A stretch of DNA of 64,000 bases from Burkholderiales bacterium (GCA_043748965.1 JAYVEF010000206.1:630-64629); one strand, 5' to 3'. Positions 51,243-61,137 are shown, numbered from the stretch's first letter. Notes: generated by a model not told the origin, from the letters alone. Numbers and translations are program-made.

Positions 51243-51950
51243 ATGGGACAAATTTATCTGGTACGACACGGGCAGGCGTCGTTCGGCAGCGCCGATTACG
51301 ATCGACTGTCAGATCTTGGCGTGCAGCAGGCGCGTTTGCTGGGCGAATGGTATGCCGAGCGGCGCCAGGGATTTAACCGCGTGATCACTGGCGGCATGAA
51401 CCGCCACCGGCAAACCGCGGTCGCATGCCTGGGAGCGCTGCCGCGCAGCTTGCGCAAAGAGGGCGACTGGGAAACCGACGCTGGGTTTGCAGAATACGAT
51501 CACGACCAGATCGTGGCCAGACATCGACCGGAATTTGCTGACATCGGCGCGATGCAGCGCTTCCTGGCGGATAGCGACAATCCACGTGCGGCGTTCCAGG
51601 AAAATTTTGAAGCAGCCATGGCCCGCTGGATGGGCGGTGGAAGTGACACCGATTACACCGAAACCTGGCCCGTGTTTCGGGCCCGTTGCGTGGCAGCGCT
51701 ACAGCGCGTGCTGATGGCGCCAGGCAGCGCCCAGTCGATCATCGTATTCACTTCTGGCGGAACGATTTCAGCGCTGTGTCAACACGTACTCGGGTTGCGG
51801 GACCAAAAGATGTTCGAACTTAACTGGACACTGGCGAACGCTGGGGTAACGAAGCTGCTGTACACGTCGGATCGGGTTAGCTTGAGTTACCTCAATAACT
51901 TTGCCCACCTGGAATGGCCTGGCAAACCCGCAACCGTGACCTATCGGTAG
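51243..51950 (+). CDS. Histidine phosphatase (phosphoglycerate mutase) family protein
   Basis: LVRHGQASF, FTSGG. Confidence 0.88.
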   Translation: MGQIYLVRHGQASFGSADYDRLSDLGVQQARLLGEWYAERRQGFNRVITGGMNRHRQTAVACLGALPRSLRKEGDWETDAGFAEYDHDQIVARHRPEFADIGAMQRFLADSDNPRAAFQENFEAAMARWMGGGSDTDYTETWPVFRARCVAALQRVLMAPGSAQSIIVFTSGGTISALCQHVLGLRDQKMFELNWTLANAGVTKLLYTSDRVSLSYLNNFAHLEWPGKPATVTYR

Positions 51951-52141
51951 GATCGTCGGCAGCACCGGACTTTCATTAATTGTAGCAATTGCCGATTATT
52001 TCGGTACCCATGGCAACCTGTCGTATCGATTTTTTTCGTATTTAGGGCAGTCGCCCTCACATCACCGCTTTACTGCACCGCTGCGTAGTTTTGGCATATT
52101 CAGTGGTAGGTTCCTCGTTTAAGATTTCGAAGAACATTCAC

Positions 52142-52264
52142 ATGTTCGCCTTACTTGTCGACTCCGTGCCTGAAAATCACCGTGATGCGCGGCGTCGTCC
52201 GGCAGTTGACATTATTGCAACCGCTGGAGCTGCGGCTGGATTGATTATGCTCGGATCGCTCTGA
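52142..52264 (+). CDS. Candidate 40-aa small membrane protein
   Basis: ATG..TGA ORF MFALLVDSVPENHRDARRRPAVDIIATAGAAAGLIMLGSL in an otherwise empty intergenic region; weak SD. Confidence 0.25.
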   Translation: MFALLVDSVPENHRDARRRPAVDIIATAGAAAGLIMLGSL

Positions 52265-52708
52265 GTCCAGCACGCTGCCCCGTTGTCCGATGCAGCGCAG
52301 ACAGCCGAAGCAGAATCAGTGGATCGGGAGAAATTTGAAAGACCCGGGAATCAGTTAGCCGTGCGACCCGCCGCGCGGTGGCGATCCGGCCGTCTCATGG
52401 CCAGCACGCAAGCGACCAGTGGATATGTCATACCGATGCGATGTCAGGATTTTCCGGTTGGATCAGTCCGATGCAAGTTCTCACGATGGTGAGCGAAACA
52501 GTGCAAGGCATCGCGACCGGGTAGACGCGCGCCGCACGGCACGCGAGCGCCCCAGCGGCACAGATCGCGCATGCGGCAAGACTACAAATCCAGCGGCGAG
52601 TGATCACCAACGTCAGGTGGCTCAGTTCAATCGGAAGATAGCAGACAAGGGCGACGCAGTTTATAACGTCTCTTTTTTTGTAACGTCGGTAGCTGTCAGC
52701 GGTCGAGC

Positions 52709-52978
52709 CTAGCGAGCCGTACCATGTCGAAGAAGATTGACTATCGCTAACAGGACGATCGCGCCGAGGAACGAAATAAGCAGGCCGCTGATGCTGAAAA
52801 CATTCTGGTTGATCGAGTCCGTGCCGAATAGTGGTGCAAGCATCCAGCCACCGACCAGTGCGCCGACGATTCCGACGACGACGTTGAGAAGTACGCCCTG
52901 CTGCGTGTCGGTCTTCATGACGATGCTTGCCAGCCATCCAAGCACCCCGCCGATAACGATCCAGACAATCAGATTCAC
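52709..52978 (-). CDS. GlsB/YeaQ/YmgE (transglycosylase-associated) stress membrane protein
   Basis: WIVIGGVLGWLAS..M, NVVVGIVGA, SFLGAIVLL; AAGGAG SD before GTG 52978. Confidence 0.9.
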   Translation of the reverse strand: MNLIVWIVIGGVLGWLASIVMKTDTQQGVLLNVVVGIVGALVGGWMLAPLFGTDSINQNVFSISGLLISFLGAIVLLAIVNLLRHGTAR

Positions 52979-53321
52979 TGTGATCTCCTTGATATCAATT
53001 GTCGAAGAATCTGCTTGCATCCTCAGCGCATTCGCGCGCTGTTGAAGGTTGGGCGGATCATGTTTCGCCATCTGTTCGAAAGCCCATTCTTCAAAAACCC
53101 TGATTCTTTGCTCGATGATCTGTCTCTTGACGGTACCCCATGGGCTTTGGTCACTGTAGCGTACCGAACCCGTGATGCACCGATAAGTTCGTAGCACTAT
53201 TGGTTTTTCTCGATGCCACCGCAGAATTTATTGTCTAGCGGAGCCAACTGGTCGGCACCAGCGCTCCGTCGGGATGACACCGCTCTATCTACGCCTTCGT
53301 TATCGCTCGCACCTGCATTGA

Positions 53322-54185
53322 TCAGGCTGGGGTCTTGCGCGTCGAAGGCAACAGACGATCGTATTCACTTTTGACGCCGGCATAGCATTCACAAACGCGG
53401 GCTTCCAGACCTACCCTGTTCAGGACGGAAATGTGGCCGCGGGTGTAATGGATCAATCCCTCATCTTGCAATTTGCCGGCGGCATCCGCAACGCTTTCAC
53501 GGCGTACGCCAAGCATGTTCCCGATCAACTCCTGGGTCATGCTCATTTCATTGGAGGGCAAACGATCCAGGCTCAGCAGCAACCACCGACACAACTGCTG
53601 CACCACGCTATGGTGGCGGTTGCATACGGCTGTCTGCGACATCTGTGTCAGCAGGGCTTGCGTGTAGCGCAGCAACAGCGACTGCAGTGCACCGCCGCGA
53701 TAGAATTCATCTTTCAACATCTTTGCCTTCAGGCGAAAACCGTAACCTGCACTTTTTACGACGGCGCGATTCAGTGATGTGCCGCCGCCCATGAACAAGG
53801 TGACGCCCACCAGACCCTCGTGTCCGATCACGGCAGTTTCGGTTGCGGTGCCATCACGAGATTCATACAACTGCGAAACGATACTACTAGTCAGGAAATA
53901 GACGAATTCCATCTCTACGCCGGCCTCACAAACGGCCAAGCCCAAGGGCATCGGCACCAGTTCGAGATGCGGCAGGAGGCGTTCGTAGTCATCATTGGGA
54001 AGGCCAGCCAACAAGGCGTTTTGCTTGGGATTATGACCATACAACCCGGCAATCCGGACTGCGCCGATTACTCTGGCGGCCGGGGCACGGCTCTCGCGGC
54101 CGGCCGGTTTCAGGCCGTCCAGCGCGCGCAAGGCTACCCTTGGATTGGTGGATTTGGTCTCGCAAACGTTTTGTCCCTGTGCCAT
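53322..54185 (-). CDS. Crp/Fnr family transcriptional regulator
   Basis: NALLAGLP, cNMP-fold, QTAVCNRHHS..QQLCRWLL, HTH TQELIGNMLGVRRESV, CECY; AGGAG SD. Confidence 0.92.
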   Translation of the reverse strand: MAQGQNVCETKSTNPRVALRALDGLKPAGRESRAPAARVIGAVRIAGLYGHNPKQNALLAGLPNDDYERLLPHLELVPMPLGLAVCEAGVEMEFVYFLTSSIVSQLYESRDGTATETAVIGHEGLVGVTLFMGGGTSLNRAVVKSAGYGFRLKAKMLKDEFYRGGALQSLLLRYTQALLTQMSQTAVCNRHHSVVQQLCRWLLLSLDRLPSNEMSMTQELIGNMLGVRRESVADAAGKLQDEGLIHYTRGHISVLNRVGLEARVCECYAGVKSEYDRLLPSTRKTPA

Positions 54186-54389
54186 GCATGTCTCCTGGTG
54201 AAGTGCGAATTTCAATGTTCTGATGATTGCAGAAGAACAAAAATCTTCGCATCAGCGCATCTCGCATTCCTTTGTGGGAATGCGCCGACATGGCGGATCG
54301 TCGTACAAGGCGTGCCAGGGGGAAATGAATCGGACACAGAATTAGCGGTGCGGGTCCCCGCTTTGTCAATTTTCGTGCCGGGTGTCGGC

Positions 54390-54812
54390 TTAGTGCGTTT
54401 TCGTGCCGAGTGCTTCGAGAAGTTCCTGAAGCTGCGTGAACTCAGCCGTCTTATCAAAGAAGTAGTCCACACCCATAGACGCGGCAGCGCGCCGATACGC
54501 AGCGCTGACGTTGTTGCTGAAAATGATTCTGGTTTCCGCCAAGTGGTCGGACAGGGCACACAGACGCCGTAGCAGGTTGATACCGTTACCTATTTTGAGC
54601 TCGATATCCAATATCAGGATCTGATACGGCGTGCTGCACAACTGGGCGAACGCGTCGTCTTCGGTCTCGGCAAACCCGCACAGCTGGACTCCACTGATGT
54701 CGGCAAACGCCTCGGAGAGTAGTTCACGCAAGAGGCTGGAATCTTCCAGCAAAAAAATGCGCAACGGCGGCGCCACAAGTACTGTCGCGGGAAAGACGGG
54801 TGACGGATTCAT
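54390..54812 (-). CDS. Single-domain response regulator receiver
   Basis: LLEDS, ILDIEL..GNG, IFSN, FFDK. Confidence 0.85.
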   Translation of the reverse strand: MNPSPVFPATVLVAPPLRIFLLEDSSLLRELLSEAFADISGVQLCGFAETEDDAFAQLCSTPYQILILDIELKIGNGINLLRRLCALSDHLAETRIIFSNNVSAAYRRAAASMGVDYFFDKTAEFTQLQELLEALGTKTH

Positions 54813-54911
54813 GGTGCGAAGCATAACTCTGAAAACAGCTGGGGTGTCATCAATACCGAACAGAGTAGATCTTGCCGCCAAATGCCGGCACCGGCAAATC
54901 GTGCCCCTGCC

Positions 54912-55544
54912 CTAATCGATCAGATTTTGCTTGATCGCGTAGTAGATGATGTCGGCGTTACTGGTCATGTTCATTTTTTGCAGAACGCGGGCGCGGTAGG
55001 TGCTGACGGTTTTTACACTCAGGCAGAGTGCGTCAGCGATTCTGGTCACTCCTTCGCCCTGACTCAGCTTGTAGAAAATCTCGTATTCGCGTGAAGACAG
55101 GGTTTCGTGCAGGGGTTTTTCGGCATTAACGTCCAGATCCATGGTGAGCAGTTCGGCGACCGCGTAGCTGATGTACTTGTGGCCGCGCAGGATAGTCTGG
55201 ATGGCAGTCAGCAGTTCGGTCGCCAGTGCTTCTTTCTGCACGTAGCCGCTGGCGCCGCTACGCAGTATCTGTACCGCGTAGCGGTTTTCGGGGTGCATGC
55301 TCAGAATAAGCACTGGCAGGTTGGGCTTTTCACGCTTGATCTGCTTCAGCACTTCGACCCCGCTCTTGTCGGGCATGGCGATATCGAGCAGTACGATGTC
55401 CCAATCCTGGGCACGGATCAAGCGGATCGCTTCTTCGGCGGTGCCGGCTTCACCGGCGATCTGCATGTCCGGAACGTTATCGATGAAGTAGTGCACGCCC
55501 GCGCGGACCACGGCGTGATCGTCGACTACCAGAATTTTAATCAT
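54912..55544 (-). CDS. NarL/FixJ (UvrY-like) response regulator
   Basis: VDDHAVVR, LDIAMP, LSMH; LuxR HTH LSSRE..LSVKTVSTYRAR. Confidence 0.93.
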   Translation of the reverse strand: MIKILVVDDHAVVRAGVHYFIDNVPDMQIAGEAGTAEEAIRLIRAQDWDIVLLDIAMPDKSGVEVLKQIKREKPNLPVLILSMHPENRYAVQILRSGASGYVQKEALATELLTAIQTILRGHKYISYAVAELLTMDLDVNAEKPLHETLSSREYEIFYKLSQGEGVTRIADALCLSVKTVSTYRARVLQKMNMTSNADIIYYAIKQNLID

Positions 55545-55841
55545 AATTGGCGACCGCCCCGGCGAGCCGAACCCGAGGCTCAATAAAAAAGAATCCGGAG
55601 CCGCGAACGCGGTGATGAATCGCCGAAAGCCAGTGGACCGGTTGAATTGTCACTGAGCGGATTGTAATGACTTTTGCGCAGGAATCCCAATATTTTTGTG
55701 ACAAGTTCAGGAAGTCTCTACCGCGCTGTACTCTGTCCAGCGTGCAGGACGTTATCGAACTTGCGTTGCCGGATCCGGCAATACCGCACCCGCAAAAACT
55801 GGGTGGTTTGTCGACGCCACCGTCAAAAGCGCGCGTGTACG

Positions 55842-56057
55842 CTATTCGACGCGTGCCAGAAACACTGGTGAATTCTCGGGGCGCATCTGCGCTTTTTGCT
55901 CGGCAGTTAACCGCCTGCCGATAATAATTACAGGTGGCAGTACCGGCGGCTCGACACTTGCGACGACCGGCGTGCCCGGCCGGACGGGCGACGTGGCGTT
56001 AGGGCAGCCGGCAAGAATGAAGATCAGCGTCGCCGTCACAGGGATTGATGTTCTCGT
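55842..56057 (-). CDS. Small putative lipoprotein/secreted hypothetical protein
   Basis: LAGC lipobox, Pro-rich linker, VIIIGRRLTAEQKAQ. AGGA SD sits 6 nt before an in-frame ACG at 56057; GTG alternative at 56039. Confidence 0.45.
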   Translation of the reverse strand, partial: TRTSIPVTATLIFILAGCPNATSPVRPGTPVVASVEPPVLPPVIIIGRRLTAEQKAQMRPENSPVFLARVE

Positions 56058-56184
56058 GTTATTTCCTGATAAGTTACTTTAAAAAAGGCTTAGCTTAACA
56101 ACTACAGAGAAGTGTTCGAGGAACAATACGTAGACATTTCAGCAGATTCGTATCGATGTTTTTGTGAAAAAACACATAAATAAT

Positions 56185-56712
56185 TTACAAAAGTATGGGA
56201 GCTTCGGGAATGTGCTCGTGCAGGGATAATCTGGTGGGATAGCGCTGCGTCAAGCGGTCGTTCAAATCGTGCAGCGCTGTCAGCACACTCTCGTGATACC
56301 GACCCGCCTTGAAGCCATCCGCCATACATCGACACACTGCATGCCAGTCTGCAGTGGACAACGCGCGGTTGACGTCGCGGTCTGCAACAATTTCAACCTT
56401 GCGATCGGCGAGATTCAGGTACACCAGTACACCGCAGTTGGTCTCCGTGTCCCAGATCCTATAATCGGCGAACAATTGGTTGGCGCGCACGCGGGTAGCG
56501 CTGATCTTGCCGTAATTGTGACTATTGCCATGGCTTCGGACAGGGCGGCAACGGGCGACCTCGATAATCAACTTGATTTCGGCGTCGTGCGTGGTCTCTC
56601 CTTGCGCAATGACTTTGGCAATGGCTTCCAGGGCCGCTGGCGGGAAAACCCGCTGGCCCATTGCCAGCGACGTTCCGGTGCGTCTGAAAAGTGTTGTCAG
56701 CAGTCGCATCAC
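56185..56712 (-). CDS. TPM domain protein
   Basis: E..HDAEI, IWDTETNCGVLVYL..ADRKVEIVADR. Confidence 0.85.
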   Translation of the reverse strand: MMRLLTTLFRRTGTSLAMGQRVFPPAALEAIAKVIAQGETTHDAEIKLIIEVARCRPVRSHGNSHNYGKISATRVRANQLFADYRIWDTETNCGVLVYLNLADRKVEIVADRDVNRALSTADWHAVCRCMADGFKAGRYHESVLTALHDLNDRLTQRYPTRLSLHEHIPEAPILL

Positions 56713-57521
56713 CAGTCTCCCGAAGCGCCACCGCCATCGAAACTACCACCGCCGCCAGATATGCCGCCAGAAGTGCCACCACTCCCGCCATCGAAGCTGC
56801 TATCCGATCTGGTGCCGATCGTACTGCCGAGGCCGCTGCCTAAAATTACACCCGCAGTACGACCCCAGCCGCCTTGATCCAGGCCGCCGGCGATGGCGCG
56901 GCGCGAGCGTATCACGATCACCATGACTATGACGGCGATCAGCAGCAGAGCTGGCAACATTGATGACAGCGGTGCGCTTTGGCCGGTAGCTGCGTTAGCG
57001 GAGGGGGAGGGCGGCAACTGCTCCTTGTCGAGCAGGCTGGTGATCGCGGCCACCCCTGCCGCCAGCCCACCACTGAAATCATTGCGCTGAAAATACGGTG
57101 CCATGACTTCTTGCAGGATGCGCTTCGACTGCAGATCGGTCAGCGAACCCTGTACGCCCCGACCTGCCTCGATGCGCAGCCGATGTAACGATTTTGGATT
57201 GTCTTTTGCCAGCAGCAGAATGACGCCGTCATCGACATTCTTGCGGCCAAGTTTCCAGGCTTCGGCAACGCGAATGCTGTATTGCTCGATCGCTTCGGGT
57301 GCCGTCGTCGAGACCAGCAATACCGCGATCTGCGACCCGGTGCGCGCCTCGTATTGGCTCAGTACCTCATCTAGTGCAGCACGCTGGTCGGCTTTGAGCA
57401 AACCGACTCGATCGACCACGTGTCCGGTGAGCGGCGGTACGGTCGCGAACTCCTGCGCCAGCGCCGCCGCCAGCCAGAGTGACATGCCGAGTGCTAGCAC
57501 CCATTGCAGCGTGCGCTTCAT
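56709..57521 (-). CDS. TPM domain protein (YgcG-like) with Gly-rich tail
   Basis: GSQIAVL, IEQYS, WKLGRK.VDDG, RIEAGRG, GGGSFDGGGASGDW. Confidence 0.9.
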   Translation of the reverse strand: MKRTLQWVLALGMSLWLAAALAQEFATVPPLTGHVVDRVGLLKADQRAALDEVLSQYEARTGSQIAVLLVSTTAPEAIEQYSIRVAEAWKLGRKNVDDGVILLLAKDNPKSLHRLRIEAGRGVQGSLTDLQSKRILQEVMAPYFQRNDFSGGLAAGVAAITSLLDKEQLPPSPSANAATGQSAPLSSMLPALLLIAVIVMVIVIRSRRAIAGGLDQGGWGRTAGVILGSGLGSTIGTRSDSSFDGGSGGTSGGISGGGGSFDGGGASGDW

Positions 57522-57533
57522 GCGGGCCTCCGA

Positions 57534-58127
57534 TTATTTACCGAAATTTACGGACGGCGCGGTGGAGATGGCCTTTTCGTTCTCGACAGTAAAACTGGGA
57601 CGAATCGGGTAGCCAAATATTTTTGCCGTCAGATTGGTCGGAAAACTGCGCGCCAGCACGTTGTATTCTTCCACCGCCTTGATATAACGTTGACGCGCCA
57701 CGGTGATGCGGTTTTCAGTCCCTTCGAGTTGCGACTGCAGATCGCGAAAACCGGTATCGGCTTTTAGTTGCGGATAATTTTCGGTCACTACCATCAAGCG
57801 CGACAGGGCCGACGACAGGTCGCCTTGTACCTGTTGGAATTTTTTGAGTGCTTCCGGATTGTTCAGCACGTCGGGCGTGATCTGAAAGCTGGTGGCGGCT
57901 GAGCGCGCTCGGGTGACGGCCTCCAACGTTTCTCGCTCGTGGGTGGCGTAGCCCTTGACCGTATTAACCAAATTCGGGATCAGATCAGCACGACGCTGAT
58001 ATTGGTTGACGACTTCGCCCCACGCGGCCTTGATGCCTTCGTCGCGCCCTTGAAAATCGTTGTAACCGCACGCGCTTAACATTGCGATCAGAAAGGTCAT
58101 CGACAGCCATTTGAAACCTGTGTGCAT
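57534..58127 (-). CDS. lemA: LemA family lipoprotein
   Basis: LSACGYN, YQRRADLIPNLV, ENYPQLKA, QLEGTENRI. Confidence 0.95.
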   Translation of the reverse strand: MHTGFKWLSMTFLIAMLSACGYNDFQGRDEGIKAAWGEVVNQYQRRADLIPNLVNTVKGYATHERETLEAVTRARSAATSFQITPDVLNNPEALKKFQQVQGDLSSALSRLMVVTENYPQLKADTGFRDLQSQLEGTENRITVARQRYIKAVEEYNVLARSFPTNLTAKIFGYPIRPSFTVENEKAISTAPSVNFGK

Positions 58128-58264
58128 GGGGTGCTCCTAAGTGGTCAATTGTGGCAAGGTAACAAACTCTGTCGCGCAACTCAAGGTGTAATTTGAGACC
58201 GAACACGGCTGCCGCAAGACGGGTTCGCGCTACAATGTCTTGGTTGCCATTTCAGACTGCCGTT

Positions 58265-59083
58265 GTGACGTTTATTAAAAAACTTGACGCCGCCTGGCGC
58301 GCCAGCGATTCGTTGCTGTGTGTCGGGCTCGATCCCGATCTGACCAAAATCCCCCCGCACCTGCGCGAGTATCCCGATGCGATTTTGCAGTTTTGTATCG
58401 CGATGATTGATGCTACCGCCGCCAGCGCCTGTGCCTTCAAACCGCAGATTGCCTACTTTGCAGCAGCCCGGGCCGAAGACCAGCTTGAAGCCGTGTGCGG
58501 CTATCTGCGTCAGCATTACCCGCAGTGTCCGATCATACTCGACGCCAAGCGCGGTGACATCGGTGCGACCGCGCAGCAATATGCGCGTGAAGCATTCGAG
58601 CGCTACGGTGCCGATGCGGTGACGGTCAATCCGTATATGGGCCACGATTCGATTGCACCCTACCTTGAATGGCCCGACCGCGGCGTGATTGTCCTGTGTC
58701 GCACTTCCAACCCGGGCGGATCGGATCTGCAGTTTCTGCAGGTCGATGGAAAACCGCTGTATCAGCACGTGGCGCAGTTGGTGGCCGAAAAATGGAACAC
58801 CAACGGTCAGTGCGGGTTGGTAGTGGGGGCAACTTTTCCGGACGAGCTGGCCAAGGTGAGGGCGGTTGTCGGCGACATGCCGCTGCTGGTGCCGGGCATC
58901 GGTGCGCAGGGTGGTGATGTGGCAGCGACGGTCGTCGCCGGACTTACATCAGACGGTCGTGGAATGTTGATCAATTCGTCGCGCGCCATCCTCTATGCAG
59001 CGACCCAGCCAGGCGAAAATTTTACTCAGGCAGCGACCCGCGTGGCCGAAGCGACGCGCGTCGAAATCAATCAATTTCGCTAA
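58265..59083 (+). CDS. pyrF: Orotidine-5'-phosphate decarboxylase
   Basis: [39 protein letters not shown]. Confidence 0.96.
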   Translation: MTFIKKLDAAWRASDSLLCVGLDPDLTKIPPHLREYPDAILQFCIAMIDATAASACAFKPQIAYFAAARAEDQLEAVCGYLRQHYPQCPIILDAKRGDIGATAQQYAREAFERYGADAVTVNPYMGHDSIAPYLEWPDRGVIVLCRTSNPGGSDLQFLQVDGKPLYQHVAQLVAEKWNTNGQCGLVVGATFPDELAKVRAVVGDMPLLVPGIGAQGGDVAATVVAGLTSDGRGMLINSSRAILYAATQPGENFTQAATRVAEATRVEINQFR

Positions 59084-59100
59084 TAAGTCGGGTAACAGCG

Positions 59101-59994
59101 TCAGGGTGCGACGACGTCGGCTGAAAAAAAACCGCGCATTTGCGCCAGCAACCAGTCAGGTGCCTGCTCGGCAATGAAATGTCCGGCGGCGCAGGCGCTA
59201 CCTGTCACATTGCCGCTGGCGCGTGCCTCCCAGTTTGCCAGCGGATCGAACAGGCGACCGACGACGCCATGTTCGCCCCATACGACATGCAGCGGACAGG
59301 CAATGCGCCGGTCAAGGTCGGCGCGGTCATGCTCCAGATCGATCCCAGCCGAGGCGCGATAGTCTTCGCAACTCGCATGAATCGACGCTGCCGTGCAAAA
59401 CGCCCGACGGTATTCTGCTAGCGCTCCCCGATCGAGATAGTCGCTGCCATGCGAGCCCCAACCACCGAGCGTGTACTCTAGAAAAAATTCTGCATTGTTG
59501 CCGAGCAGAGTCTCCGGTAACGGCGCCGGCTGGATCAACATGAACCAGTGGTAATAATAAGTTGCGAACGCCTGATCGGTACCTTCGTACATGGTCAGGG
59601 TCGGTGCGATATCGATTAACATCAACTGCTGCACCGCATTGCGATGGTCCAGCGCCATTCGGTGCGCCACTCGGCCGCCGCGATCATGACCACACACGCG
59701 AAACCGCGCATAGCCCAGATCGGCCATGAGCGCGACCATATCCTGTGCCATGACGCGTTTGGAATAATTGGCATGGTCTGGCGCGCCCGGCGGTTTCGAT
59801 GAGTCGCCATAGCCGCGCAGGTCGGGCATCACTAGCGTGAATTGTTGCGCCAGCCGATCTGCGATCTGGTGCCACATCACATGGGTCTGCGGATAACCAT
59901 GAAGCAGCAGCAATGGCGGGCCGGTGCCGCCTTGCTGAAAGTGGATCTTGACGCCATTGACCTGCCGCTGTGCGGTGGCAAACTGCGCCAGCAT
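59101..59994 (-). CDS. Alpha/beta hydrolase, fluoroacetate/haloacetate dehalogenase type
   Basis: HGYPQT, DLRGYG, GHDRGGR, LIDIAP, YYHWF, EDYRA, GHF. Confidence 0.85.
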   Translation of the reverse strand: MLAQFATAQRQVNGVKIHFQQGGTGPPLLLLHGYPQTHVMWHQIADRLAQQFTLVMPDLRGYGDSSKPPGAPDHANYSKRVMAQDMVALMADLGYARFRVCGHDRGGRVAHRMALDHRNAVQQLMLIDIAPTLTMYEGTDQAFATYYYHWFMLIQPAPLPETLLGNNAEFFLEYTLGGWGSHGSDYLDRGALAEYRRAFCTAASIHASCEDYRASAGIDLEHDRADLDRRIACPLHVVWGEHGVVGRLFDPLANWEARASGNVTGSACAAGHFIAEQAPDWLLAQMRGFFSADVVAP

Positions 59995-60479
59995 CAAGCG
60001 TGTTCCAGGAACCGCAACAGCCCCTGCAATGCATGCCGCACGGTTTGCTCGCGCACGCTTTGACGATCGCCGCCGAATACCAGTCGCTCCGTTTGCGTCG
60101 TGTCGCCATTGCTCCAGCCGAAACACACAGTCCCGACCGGTTTTCCCGGCACCGCGCCGCCGGGACCGGCGATGCCGGTCGTCGACAACGTCAGATGCGC
60201 ATTGCTATTGGCGAGAGCACCCTCGGCCATGGCGGCAGCGATTTCTTCGCTGACGGCGCCGTGCTGCGCGATCAGCGCGGCCGGGACCTCCAGCAGTTCG
60301 GTTTTGGAGGCGTTCGAATAGGCAATGAAGCCGCAGTCGAACCAGTCCGAAGAACCGGCGATTTCGGTAACTGCCTGAGCCACGCCACCACCAGTGCAGG
60401 ATTCGGCGGTAGCCAGCAGCAAACCACGTTTTTTTAACACCTGACCCGCACGGGCGGCCAGTTCGATGACGTCTTCCAT
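59994..60479 (-). CDS. cinA: CinA/PncC family NMN deamidase
   Basis: AESCTGG, YSNASK, GAVS, TGIAGPGG, KPVGTV. Confidence 0.92.
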   Translation of the reverse strand: MEDVIELAARAGQVLKKRGLLLATAESCTGGGVAQAVTEIAGSSDWFDCGFIAYSNASKTELLEVPAALIAQHGAVSEEIAAAMAEGALANSNAHLTLSTTGIAGPGGAVPGKPVGTVCFGWSNGDTTQTERLVFGGDRQSVREQTVRHALQGLLRFLEHA

Positions 60480-60651
60480 TGCGCCACACTCCTCGAATTT
60501 GCCCTATCAGTGCCGGCGCGTATCCTCGCGTGCCGGGCTCGCAATCATACTTACTTTACCATTCTGCAGCGTCGCGTGGCGTACAACGCGGTGCGCAAAT
60601 GGCGCGCGTCAGTCGGTTTCGATCGAGAGCCTCCTCTGTTCCGACGCAGCT

Positions 60652-61134
60652 TCAGATGCGGCTGCGCCGACCCAGAAAAACGTGCAGTGCCAGCAGGGCG
60701 GCAAGCGCGCAGCCAGGAATCCAGTGCAGTAATGACCAGAACGGTCGGCTGGCTTCGCTGGCGAGGTAATACAGTCCGTAACCGCTGAGTGTGAGTGCCG
60801 ACAGCAGTACCACCATGCTCCAGCCCGAAACGCGGTTACGGCGGCTGCGCAAGGCGCGCCGGATATGGCCGTTCAACAGGCTTCCCAGTAAAAAAAACAG
60901 AGCGATTGCCGCTGCGCCATGCAGCTTCATGGACCACGGTTCAAGCGGGCTGACGGTTTCGCCGAACTGGGTCACTGGACGAAAAAAATAATGCGCGGCG
61001 ATCCACGCCGCGCCGCTGAGCGTCAGCAACGTCATGCTCAGATATACCGCGCGCCGTTGCCACCGCTCCAGTTGCAACGTGGTGGGTATCGATACGCGGG
61101 AGGGGCGATGCAATGAATGTTTCGGCGTCTGCAT
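60652..61134 (-). CDS. Four-TM membrane protein with paired His (putative cytochrome b, DUF4405-like)
   Basis: Four TMs; His in MKLHG, NGHI, LLHW and LALHV. Confidence 0.65.
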   Translation of the reverse strand: MQTPKHSLHRPSRVSIPTTLQLERWQRRAVYLSMTLLTLSGAAWIAAHYFFRPVTQFGETVSPLEPWSMKLHGAAAIALFFLLGSLLNGHIRRALRSRRNRVSGWSMVVLLSALTLSGYGLYYLASEASRPFWSLLHWIPGCALAALLALHVFLGRRSRI

Positions 61135-61137
61135 GCG

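Noticed and set aside
52428-52640. Cys/Ala-rich minus-strand ORF tail (ICSLAACAICAAGALAC)
   Set aside because: No supported start or SD and no family resemblance.
52979-53197. Apparent N-terminal fusion on the GlsB/YeaQ protein
   Set aside because: Strong AAGGAG SD directly before GTG 52978; the extension has no domain character.
53145-53200. Crp-type operator upstream of glsB
   Set aside because: Only weak partial dyads (GTAGCGTACCGAAC); not distinguishable from chance by eye.
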